Source of the DNA: a virus
DNA: 25,331 nucleotides
Reading direction: 5' to 3' (one strand)
IMG/VR virus record: IMGVR_UViG_3300010355_001591
Shown here: piece after piece, positions 15,952 through 23,770 of the stretch
Position numbering within the stretch: position 1 is the first letter of the stretch
Layout of the letters: every line of letters begins with the position of its first letter
Position numbers and translations under genes: made by a program
The notes under the pieces: generated by a model
What the model saw: only the letters and a program-made list of their open reading frames with translations
Told to the model about the DNA's origin: nothing
Databases searched by the model: none

Positions 15952-17424
15952 ATGAGAACTAAGATAAAGACAATAGGAATCGTACTGATAATAGCGGTAT
16001 TCTGTCTGTCGGTAGCGATGCCTTTTGCTAATGTTGCTAATGGTCAGACGTTCACGCCAAACCAAAAAGCAGAGCCAAGAGTTACGGTAAACGTTCCACT
16101 GGAGAATAAAGAGCTGGGTGCTATTCAGCAGGGTGCTATCTTAATATTTGATCAGTCGGTTACAGTAAACGGTATTTATGACTCGTACGATCAGATATTT
16201 AAAGAGGTAAAGGGTGATATCAATCTAACAGGCACATCAATAGACACAAAGGGTCTCAAGACTGGTTATTATGTTGCATATACAGGAAAGACCTATGAGG
16301 TTTTCAAAATAATAGAACCGATCCCTGAGGATGCTTTTATATCGCTCATAGAGATTGATCGGGTAAGCACGATGGGAGATACGGTAAAGATAACTGGTGA
16401 GTCAAACCTTAAAAACAATCTAACGGCGGTCATAAGAGACGATCGTGGGCGTGAGTACAATATGACAGGCGTTCAGGTATCTTCTGACGGCAAGTTTGAT
16501 ATTGAGATCAACACGAAGAACCTGCAGGCGGGGAGCTATTCTGTTTTAATCTATTGCGATAATGATAAGAACATTCAGGCAGTAGCCCCTCTATTGCTCA
16601 CAGAACCACAGCTGATGCTTAATGCAGATGCAAGGACAACTGTTCAGGGAGATATAAAGATAGAAGGATCTGCGGAAGGAGCTAAGAAAGTAGAGGTGTG
16701 GCTGGTCGGCAATGGATTGGCAGGATATACTCAACTGATTGTCAAAGAGGATGGGACGTTCAGCGAGACAGTACAGCCGTTAAACTTCACGTTTTACGAC
16801 AGGAACGGCATGATCTCCCCGATCAAGCAACTGAGCAGAGGGACGTATGATGTTCTGATAGTGCATCCCGGCACGGATGGATTCTATCATTATGATGGGA
16901 CGATAGAAGGTACTGGCAAGTTGTTATCTTACCCTGACGGTATAAGCAAGTTTACGACCAACCAGTCAGTATCGAATAATTATGATATAATCAACAGGGT
17001 TAAACTAACCGTTGATCTGCCAACGATAGCAATAGACAAAGTAGAGTTATCACAGGATGGCACTCTTCTTGTCATGGGATCTACTAACATACACGATGGG
17101 CAGAAGAGGATTATCGTAATGATGAACGGCATCCAATACTTCACGGACATTCAGGGAGGCAGGTTTACGCTGATGCTCGAGGGAGTGCCTGCGGGGCAAT
17201 ATAGGATTGAGGCGTATGATATAGATAACACGGCTTACGCATCTGGTACCTTCAATGTGTCAATAGCACCACCGACTCCTGCTGTATCAGAACAAACAAC
17301 CACGGTATCACAACCACTGCCAGAGGAGGAAAAAGGTGCATTCAACATTTGGTGGATAATCATCGTTATATTAATCGTAGTAATAGCGTTTGCGGTTTAT
17401 GTATTCTTCTTTAAAAAGCAATAA
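15952..17424 (+). CDS. Secreted, C-terminally anchored Ig-like surface glycoprotein resembling Methanomicrobia S-layer-type proteins, 490 aa
   Basis: Sec signal; GDTVKITGESN, IEGSAEGAKKVEVWLVG, GTYDVLIVHP and GSTN beta-sandwich motifs; six NxS/T sequons; Pro/Thr linker, TM, KKQ. Confidence 0.7.
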   Translation: MRTKIKTIGIVLIIAVFCLSVAMPFANVANGQTFTPNQKAEPRVTVNVPLENKELGAIQQGAILIFDQSVTVNGIYDSYDQIFKEVKGDINLTGTSIDTKGLKTGYYVAYTGKTYEVFKIIEPIPEDAFISLIEIDRVSTMGDTVKITGESNLKNNLTAVIRDDRGREYNMTGVQVSSDGKFDIEINTKNLQAGSYSVLIYCDNDKNIQAVAPLLLTEPQLMLNADARTTVQGDIKIEGSAEGAKKVEVWLVGNGLAGYTQLIVKEDGTFSETVQPLNFTFYDRNGMISPIKQLSRGTYDVLIVHPGTDGFYHYDGTIEGTGKLLSYPDGISKFTTNQSVSNNYDIINRVKLTVDLPTIAIDKVELSQDGTLLVMGSTNIHDGQKRIIVMMNGIQYFTDIQGGRFTLMLEGVPAGQYRIEAYDIDNTAYASGTFNVSIAPPTPAVSEQTTTVSQPLPEEEKGAFNIWWIIIVILIVVIAFAVYVFFFKKQ

Positions 17425-17442
17425 AAAGATGAAGAAGAGAAG

Positions 17443-17604
17443 ATGACCACTACAAAAGACAAAATAATTGTTGAAAAACAAAAATGTGATTGGTGTGGGT
17501 ACGAGTGGTATCCCAGATCAACTTCTGGGTTTAATCCCGTTCAGTGCCCACGCTGTCACAAATATATTAATATTGATCTAAAAAGTCAAAAAAGTAAAAA
17601 GTAA
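17443..17604 (+). CDS. Zinc-ribbon microprotein, 53 aa
   Basis: Translated by hand: CDWCGYEWYPR...CPRC. Confidence 0.8.
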   Translation: MTTTKDKIIVEKQKCDWCGYEWYPRSTSGFNPVQCPRCHKYINIDLKSQKSKK

Positions 17605-17624
17605 ACAAGGAGATGAAAGATTAA

Positions 17625-17906
17625 ATGAGCGGAATTTTAGCTAGTATATTTTGTTGTGGATTGCCACAGGCGTGTACAACTGCCCTTATATCAAATGTTT
17701 GCGGTAACACGATAGCAAACGCATGTGGTAACTCTATTGCTGGGTTGATACCTTCACTATCAACATTCTGTACAGGCATTCTCGGATCGTGTTCTACAAT
17801 CTGTGGATCTTTGGCAGGATTGATTGGTGGAGTTCTTGGCGGAGGTAGCTCTGGCGGTGCAACAAGTGGTTTGCCTGCTGTAATGAGCCAAGCCACTGGT
17901 AAATGA
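17625..17906 (+). CDS. Cys/Gly-rich hydrophobic protein, 93 aa
   Basis: AGGAG RBS; FCCGLP; ends ATGK. Confidence 0.75.
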   Translation: MSGILASIFCCGLPQACTTALISNVCGNTIANACGNSIAGLIPSLSTFCTGILGSCSTICGSLAGLIGGVLGGGSSGGATSGLPAVMSQATGK

Positions 17907-18039
17907 ACGGTGAATCCGATAACCATCGTAAGATATGATTTTTTTATGATGGTTCATCGCTGAATATCGTTGAATATTATAATCCTAACCAAAATAATAT
18001 ATAATGGTTGTTTAATAAATATAAAGAGGTGAAATAAAA

Positions 18040-18150
18040 ATGGGTGCTTTAGCTAACACAATTTTGGGGTATGTTATAGTTCTCCAAAACGAGATATATC
18101 GGGTGATTACAAAAGGACTTCAGGGGATAAATCTCGGAGGTGGTAAGTGA
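18040..18150 (+). CDS. Microprotein, 36 aa (MGALANTILGYVIVLQNEIYRVITKGLQGINLGGGK)
   Basis: Translated by hand; GAGGTGA RBS. Confidence 0.65.
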   Translation: MGALANTILGYVIVLQNEIYRVITKGLQGINLGGGK

Positions 18151-18272
18151 TGGGAATAATTCAATTATGCTGTCCAATACCATCGGTCGCAGTATTTGAT
18201 CAATTAGTTCGGAGCGCAGGAAACATAGGAATTGGTTTGATGCAGTCCTTATCAAAACTGATTGGGTTGTAA
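18150..18272 (+). CDS. Microprotein, 40 aa (MGIIQLCCPIPSVAVF...)
   Basis: Translated by hand; TGATG overlap; GGAGGTGG RBS. Confidence 0.65.
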   Translation: MGIIQLCCPIPSVAVFDQLVRSAGNIGIGLMQSLSKLIGL

Positions 18273-18343
18273 TTACAGAGTTTTTATTTTTAAATTATTT
18301 AATTTAAACAAAATATAAAAAATTTAAAGAGGTGTATTAGAGA

Positions 18344-18571
18344 ATGGCAAAAGCATTTGACATACAAGGCATAATGTATTTAGCAATCGGATTAATCATT
18401 ACGGGTGCTCTACTTCCAGTATCTTTGAACATGTTCACAAGTGCAGATATTGATTTTACAGGATCGTTGTCTGGGCTTGAGAATCTCTGGTCGTTAATAC
18501 CCATGATGGTTGTTCTTGCAATAGCGATTGCAGTTATATATTACGCCATGGACTCTATGAGAAACCAGTAA
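18344..18571 (+). CDS. Spindle-shaped virus major capsid protein-like (SSV1 VP1/VP3, His1 type), 75 aa
   Basis: Two hydrophobic helices (LAIGLIITGALLP and LWSLIPMMVVLAIAIAVIYY) joined by a short polar linker, matching the VP1 pattern GIVLLPV...LLNLVP..IL; flanked by AT-rich promoter-like and T-rich terminator-like tracts. Confidence 0.75.
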   Translation: MAKAFDIQGIMYLAIGLIITGALLPVSLNMFTSADIDFTGSLSGLENLWSLIPMMVVLAIAIAVIYYAMDSMRNQ

Positions 18572-18621
18572 GTCCAGATAGCACAATATGATTGCAAGAC
18601 TGGTAATAGCGAATAATTTAC

Positions 18622-18640
18622 ATTATTTTTTAATTTTTTC
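18622..18640 (+). terminator. T-rich terminator-like tract after the first MCP gene
   Basis: ATTATTTTTTAATTTTTTC. Confidence 0.4.
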
Positions 18641-18681
18641 AAATTCTATATATAAAGTAAAAATAGCAAGATGCGAAGAAT

Positions 18682-18984
18682 ATGAAATTAATGAAAACAA
18701 CCAGGGATTTTATTCATGATGATAACGGGGCATTCACCCTCAAAGAGATGGTAGAGGCAATTATTGCTCTCGGAGTGGGCATCATTCTTGCTGGGATACT
18801 TTTACCGATTGCGTTTCAGATGTTTGGTGGATTGCCAGAGAATCTGGCGGTTGGACCAGATATGCAGCCGACACTATTGGCGACCATCTGGGGATACATA
18901 CCTGTTATAGTTGTTGTAATGCTCATGATCGGATTGATATTTGCTATTATCGGCTGGTTCGGCGGCGGGGAAGAAGGATCATAA
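18682..18984 (+). CDS. Second MCP paralogue with a class III (prepilin-like) leader, 100 aa
   Basis: GIILAGILLPI...IWGYIPVIVVVMLMIG parallels MCP1; leader RDFIHDDNG/AFTLKE. Confidence 0.7.
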   Translation: MKLMKTTRDFIHDDNGAFTLKEMVEAIIALGVGIILAGILLPIAFQMFGGLPENLAVGPDMQPTLLATIWGYIPVIVVVMLMIGLIFAIIGWFGGGEEGS

Positions 18985-19003
18985 CAATATAGGAGGTACA
19001 ATA

Positions 19004-19171
19004 ATGAGTAATTTTAATTTCAAATCTTTTTTAACAAACGATGACGGAATAGGCGGATTGTTAGATTCTATGATTGCGTATTGGGGTCCAGTAATGCAGG
19101 CGTGTGCTGCTGAGATGGGCATAATTATTAAAACTGTCATATTAGCAATAGGAATAACCGGAGGCAAGTAA
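19004..19171 (+). CDS. 55-aa hydrophobic protein with the same leader type (KSFLTNDDG/IGGLL)
   Basis: ATG at 19004 follows GGAGGT; ends TGGK. Confidence 0.7.
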   Translation: MSNFNFKSFLTNDDGIGGLLDSMIAYWGPVMQACAAEMGIIIKTVILAIGITGGK

Positions 19172-19172
19172 A

Positions 19173-19295
19173 ATGGCAATACCATATTTAATAATCTCGT
19201 CATGTATGCCCTCATCGCAGATGATGGTTTATCTCATTCAATCAGTATTTGGATCTCTATCTTTGTTTTTGCAACAAGTTGCATCAGCACTATGA
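19173..19295 (+). CDS. Hydrophobic microprotein, 40 aa (MAIPYLIISSCMPSSQMMVYLIQSVF...)
   Basis: Translated by hand; GGAGG RBS; no D/E/K/R. Confidence 0.6.
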   Translation: MAIPYLIISSCMPSSQMMVYLIQSVFGSLSLFLQQVASAL

Positions 19296-19329
19296 AGACT
19301 GGTATAAACATGGTAAAGATGAGGCAATT

Positions 19330-20235
19330 ATGGCAATACAAGATAATCCAGCACGAGTTAGTATTTTTTTAGTCTCTCTTCTCTTATTATTAGTGATAAC
19401 TCCCTTTTTCTCTGTCTCTCTTACTACGGCACAAGATGTTACTGTTGCTACTACAGATCAAACTACCAGTAACACTGTTATTACAAAAGATGATGCCAAG
19501 ACAGACACAACAAACACCATAACACAAACTAAAACTTTTTTTAATCAGTTGTCGGATGCTGCAAAAACAGCAGCAGACCTCTATCCAGATGTTCGGTCTG
19601 GCACATATACAACCAGACCTGCACCAGAGGATGAACAAGCCACAACAACAGATTATGCCATAAGAACCACAACGTATGGAGATGAGCCTGCTGTATATTC
19701 TCAAAAGCAGGCGAACACATCAACGTACTCTATAACTCAACCACCAGCCATGCCATCCAGCAAAACCACTGGAAGAATGACTGGGGCATATTCAGTCACT
19801 CAACCACCAGCGGTTAAGATGACACCACTAATAATGCCAACAGTAACACCCGCAACACCAATACAGCCACCACCGATAAGTGGAGGAGGACTGGGTTTAG
19901 GTGGTAATGGTAATGGACAAATTACCGGTGTGGGAGATGTGACGGGATATATAAATGAGGGTACGGGATTCATAACTGATGCCGTAAATACAGCGTTCGC
20001 TCATAAAGAGATCCTCTATATGATGGCAATCCTAATCATCGCCGCAATATTCGCACAGATCGGAGGATGGAGGATAGGAGTTATCGGATTGGTAGGCATG
20101 TTGCTTGTCTGTGCAGGAATAACAGCATCAACTGGCATAATGATCGTACCTACATACGTGATATTCGTGATTGCGATCTTTGCCGTTGCATTAGTGATTA
20201 TATCTTTTACAAGAACGATGGGCGGAGGAAGTTAG
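19330..20235 (+). CDS. Secreted Thr/Pro-rich protein with about 3 C-terminal TM helices (VP4-like spike/tail topology), 301 aa
   Basis: ATG at 19330 follows GAGG; signal peptide; YS(I/V)TQPPA x2; C-terminal TM cluster. Confidence 0.7.
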   Translation: MAIQDNPARVSIFLVSLLLLLVITPFFSVSLTTAQDVTVATTDQTTSNTVITKDDAKTDTTNTITQTKTFFNQLSDAAKTAADLYPDVRSGTYTTRPAPEDEQATTTDYAIRTTTYGDEPAVYSQKQANTSTYSITQPPAMPSSKTTGRMTGAYSVTQPPAVKMTPLIMPTVTPATPIQPPPISGGGLGLGGNGNGQITGVGDVTGYINEGTGFITDAVNTAFAHKEILYMMAILIIAAIFAQIGGWRIGVIGLVGMLLVCAGITASTGIMIVPTYVIFVIAIFAVALVIISFTRTMGGGS

Positions 20236-20236
20236 G

Positions 20237-21118
20237 ATGAGCAGGTATCTAACCAGCCTAATCATATTCGGTGCTGTTTATTTTCTTATCGTAGCCATGT
20301 TTGCCCCTGGAGTGCCTGCAGGATATAGTGATCAGATCTTTGCAGAGGCAGAACAAATATCGTCATCCAATGTTGCTAAAGATCTTCAGATCACTGTCAC
20401 CACTGAGGGCACTCCATCCAAAAGTTTATTGCCAGAAAACGTTGGCAAGTTTGAACCGTTCAACCTGTCGCATGTCCATCCTAACAATGTCCCGAGCGTG
20501 ACAGAACGTCGTGCCAATCTTCAATCTGGAGAGATGATCGCTCCTGTCAGAGACGGTCAGGTGATGTTGTATCATGAGAACATGTTCTATTCTGCCATGC
20601 CCGTTTATTTTTCAGTGCCGTTATCAGAGATACAAGGACCAATCAGAACGATCGAAGAATACAACTCGCAGTTTATAGTATTCCGTCCTGACATGAACAC
20701 GCAAGTTATTGAGACGTATTATAACCAGATGTTAGGAAGCGAGCAGATCAAATCACGAGTCGAGGCGGAACAACAGTCAGCACAATATCAGTCGCTCGGG
20801 TTGATCGAGAGGATCGGTCAGTCTGTTTCGAATATGATCGCATCGATAGGTTCACAGGTGATGAAGGTATTCGGTGATGTTATAAATCCGTTGCTATCAA
20901 TCAAATACTCGCTTACTTATGATTTTGGAATATCAGAACTATTCGGATTGGAAAGACCGTTCACGATCGGTCAGATCATCTGTTATATTTGGTCTCTTGC
21001 AGTGTTTATAGAAATATTCATGATCCTGCCCGAATCAAGCAGTACGATAGGAACTGCTTTAAAATATGTGATAGGTATAGGGATAGCCGTACCTTGGTTT
21101 ACATTCCTTGCATTCTAA
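20237..21118 (+). CDS. Membrane protein with N-terminal signal/TM and two C-terminal TMs, 293 aa (probable virion pole component)
   Basis: Topology and position directly after the VP4-like gene. Confidence 0.7.
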   Translation: MSRYLTSLIIFGAVYFLIVAMFAPGVPAGYSDQIFAEAEQISSSNVAKDLQITVTTEGTPSKSLLPENVGKFEPFNLSHVHPNNVPSVTERRANLQSGEMIAPVRDGQVMLYHENMFYSAMPVYFSVPLSEIQGPIRTIEEYNSQFIVFRPDMNTQVIETYYNQMLGSEQIKSRVEAEQQSAQYQSLGLIERIGQSVSNMIASIGSQVMKVFGDVINPLLSIKYSLTYDFGISELFGLERPFTIGQIICYIWSLAVFIEIFMILPESSSTIGTALKYVIGIGIAVPWFTFLAF

Positions 21119-21136
21119 AACACGAGATGATAAGAT

Positions 21137-21436
21137 ATGACTACAAAATATGGCTTCATGATAAAGACTGAACAAGTTGAGATGAAAGATGCTCTTAATC
21201 TGGTAGAAGACTACAAGAAAAAGCGTAAAGAACGGTTAGAGCTCATGAAGAAAGTTGAGACGAAAGCGGACAAGAACCGGCTCAAAAAATTAGCCGAGTA
21301 TGCTCGTGATCAAGGCAACCATTATGCTGCTCTTGCAAAGATCCATGCAGCCGAGATCAAACAGCTGAGAGCAATACAGAATAAAAAACCAAGAAAAAAC
21401 AGAACAAAAGTAAAGATAAATAAATGGCGGACGTGA
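21137..21436 (+). CDS. Basic coiled-coil protein, 99 aa
   Basis: K/R-rich helical sequence. Confidence 0.75.
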   Translation: MTTKYGFMIKTEQVEMKDALNLVEDYKKKRKERLELMKKVETKADKNRLKKLAEYARDQGNHYAALAKIHAAEIKQLRAIQNKKPRKNRTKVKINKWRT

Positions 21437-21441
21437 TATAA

Positions 21442-22281
21442 ATGAACCCAATTCTTTGTTATCCCGGTGGAAAGAGAGGACTAAAAAAAGAGATCTTAAA
21501 AAGAATTCCCCCGCATGACACATATATTGAGCCTTTTGTTGGTGGTGGGAGCGTCTTCTTTGCAAAGCCGAGAGCTAAAAAAGAGATTATCAATGATAAA
21601 GATAAAGATTTAATAGATTTTTACAAAGCATGCAGAAGACCTGACGTATCTTTTAAAAAGGCAAATTTACGTGCATCACGAGAACGATATGAGAAATATA
21701 AAAAAAGTAAGCCTAAAACCCCGCAATCAAAAGTAAACCGTTTCCTATACCTTAATAAACGGAGTTTTGGTGGTGTGATGAATAATGGTTATTATGCACC
21801 GTCCACGGCTAAAACGAAAGGGAAGGGAGGAGGACAGGAGGGTATTAAAAAGATCGGTAGAGAACAACAGGACCGACTTCGTGGGGTAAAGATAGAGAAC
21901 AGAGATTTTGAGAAAGTTATTAAAGATTACGATAACAAGAACGCCTTTATCTATATGGATCCACCATATTATGGAGAATCAAGAGGGCTGTATAAGCATG
22001 ATGATAGATCAGCCACACCAGAGCGTGTCTTACAGGCAGCTGCAAGAGCAAAAGGTAAATGTCTCGTCTCATATAATGATTGCCCGGAAGTAAGAAAAAT
22101 CGCTCGTAAATTAGGACTTTATATATACCAAGTGCGGACGAAGTATTCCTTGAATAGTGCAAGTAATAATAAAGATAAAACAGAGTTGTTAATAAGCAAC
22201 TATCCAATGAGGAATGGTAAACCTGTAAAAACAAAGACGGGGAGGGGGCAAACGATAAAGAGGGATATAAATGGTCACTAA
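21442..22281 (+). CDS. Dam/D12-class N6-adenine DNA methyltransferase
   Basis: YPGGKR; motif I YIEPFVGGGSVFF; IINDKD; NRDFEKVI; catalytic motif IV FIYMDPPY; LVSYND; ELLISNY. Confidence 0.93.
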   Translation: MNPILCYPGGKRGLKKEILKRIPPHDTYIEPFVGGGSVFFAKPRAKKEIINDKDKDLIDFYKACRRPDVSFKKANLRASRERYEKYKKSKPKTPQSKVNRFLYLNKRSFGGVMNNGYYAPSTAKTKGKGGGQEGIKKIGREQQDRLRGVKIENRDFEKVIKDYDNKNAFIYMDPPYYGESRGLYKHDDRSATPERVLQAAARAKGKCLVSYNDCPEVRKIARKLGLYIYQVRTKYSLNSASNNKDKTELLISNYPMRNGKPVKTKTGRGQTIKRDINGH

Positions 22282-23221
22282 AAAAAAGAATTTAAAAGAG
22301 TGGGCTCGTGTTGACTGGGCAAGAAATGCAGTATCATCACATGCAAACATGATCGATTATGGAAAAAAGGCAAAAATAATAGTCCCCGATACTCAAGATG
22401 CCTTTACGGACTGGTATTATAAAGGTGGGCATAAAAAATACGACTTCGAGGGAAAAGACCATCCGATACCTCAAGCAAAAAAAGTTGCAAACACACATTA
22501 CAAATATGCGACAGCCTCCGGTGCCCGCAACGCTGGTATTATTGCGAAACGTGCAGAAAAAATCCTGTTAAATAATTTTACCAGAAAAGAAAGAAGCCAG
22601 ATGGGAAAAATAATCTTTAGCGTTAGACCTATTGTAAAAAGTGAGGATGCAGCAGGAATGATCGAATATAGAGGAAGGGGGGATGCTTCCGTTATAACTA
22701 TTGATGATAGTTATGTTGATGATGAAGACATATTCACGCATGAATTAGTTCATGCTCGACTGTACGGAACGAATACTGAGCCAAAGGATAGAGATACCCA
22801 TGAAAAAATGACAGAACTGGAGACAGTAGGAAGGATATCTCACCCAGAGAAAAAAAAGGCAGGGTATTATCACTATCTTAAAAAAAGTTCTATAAGTATG
22901 ATAGATGCCATAAAGCACGATAGGATATTATTGACTGGTTCGATGACGAAAAGCAGGAAAGGCGATAGATTTGTTGCAGATGTACGTAAAAAATATAATG
23001 AGTCAATGATAAAAGACGCTCATTTCTCTCCAGCAGAAAAATTAGACCGATATTACCAAGTCATATTGCCTGATGGTGAAAAAATATCTATCCATCAAAG
23101 AGGCAAACCAAATGCAAAAGTCTCACTATCTAAGATTGTTCAAAATTTTAAAAAGAGGTATGGGAAAGATATCAAAGTATACGAGTGGAGAGACGGTAAG
23201 AGAGTACTATTAAGGAGGTGA
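22271..23221 (+). CDS. Basic protein with a zincin-like HExxH motif (putative metallopeptidase), 316 aa
   Basis: AAG..(n)..ITID...IFTHELVHARL...E; overlaps the MTase stop. Confidence 0.6.
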   Translation: MVTKKKNLKEWARVDWARNAVSSHANMIDYGKKAKIIVPDTQDAFTDWYYKGGHKKYDFEGKDHPIPQAKKVANTHYKYATASGARNAGIIAKRAEKILLNNFTRKERSQMGKIIFSVRPIVKSEDAAGMIEYRGRGDASVITIDDSYVDDEDIFTHELVHARLYGTNTEPKDRDTHEKMTELETVGRISHPEKKKAGYYHYLKKSSISMIDAIKHDRILLTGSMTKSRKGDRFVADVRKKYNESMIKDAHFSPAEKLDRYYQVILPDGEKISIHQRGKPNAKVSLSKIVQNFKKRYGKDIKVYEWRDGKRVLLRR

Positions 23222-23228
23222 GGTAAAA

Positions 23229-23354
23229 ATGACCGCTAAAAAAATTAAAGATCTTGGGATAAAGCGACAAAAAGGCAAGCTATATTTCGTTAAAGGCGAT
23301 CCGCTGTCGGTGTATGAGGCTGACATGTCTCGTGGCAAAAAAAGGAAAAAATAA
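23229..23354 (+). CDS. Small basic protein, 41 aa (MTAKKIKDLGIKRQKGKLYFVKGDPLSVYEADMSRGKKRKK)
   Basis: Translated by hand; GGAGGTGAGG RBS. Confidence 0.7.
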   Translation: MTAKKIKDLGIKRQKGKLYFVKGDPLSVYEADMSRGKKRKK

Positions 23355-23370
23355 TGGAAGATGATTTAAG

Positions 23371-23733
23371 ATGGCACGAAAAAAACTAACCATTCGCAGG
23401 AAAGGGTATCATAGAAAAGGGTATACACGGAAAGACGGTACTAAAGTTAGTCCAGCGTACGTGCCTCCATCTACATATAAAGCAGAAGACCGGGGAGAGT
23501 CTGGAAGAACTCCTAAAAGTAAAAAATGGTATAAACCAACGACCACGATGAACTGGTCTAAAGATATGCCTGTTGCTGAAAGAAGAAGGAACGCATTACG
23601 GGCTCATGGTGGAGATGCTCTTGCAACTGCCAGAGCGTTACAGGCACTATCAAATGTTACGACTGATCGAGAGACAAAAAGAGAGGCTGAGAAAGATGCA
23701 AAGTATTTCTTTGATCTCCATAAGAAAAAATAA
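23371..23733 (+). CDS. Highly basic protein, 120 aa; candidate DNA-condensing core protein
   Basis: RKGYHRKGYTRKDG repeat and a helical C-terminal domain (RRRNAL..HGG.AL..AR.LQAL). Confidence 0.7.
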   Translation: MARKKLTIRRKGYHRKGYTRKDGTKVSPAYVPPSTYKAEDRGESGRTPKSKKWYKPTTTMNWSKDMPVAERRRNALRAHGGDALATARALQALSNVTTDRETKREAEKDAKYFFDLHKKK

Positions 23734-23770
23734 ATAGTATTAAATATTAATAATAAGGAGTGATAATAAA

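Noticed and set aside
7781-19295. Classical bacteriocin/RiPP gene cluster
   Set aside because: No ABC/C39 exporter, radical SAM, YcaO or lanthionine enzyme and no double-glycine leaders; kept only as one hypothesis for the peptide array
19249-19329. TTG-start N-terminal extension of the Thr-rich protein
   Set aside because: It overlaps the 40-aa ORF 19173-19295 and would bury the signal peptide; ATG at 19330 has a GAGG RBS
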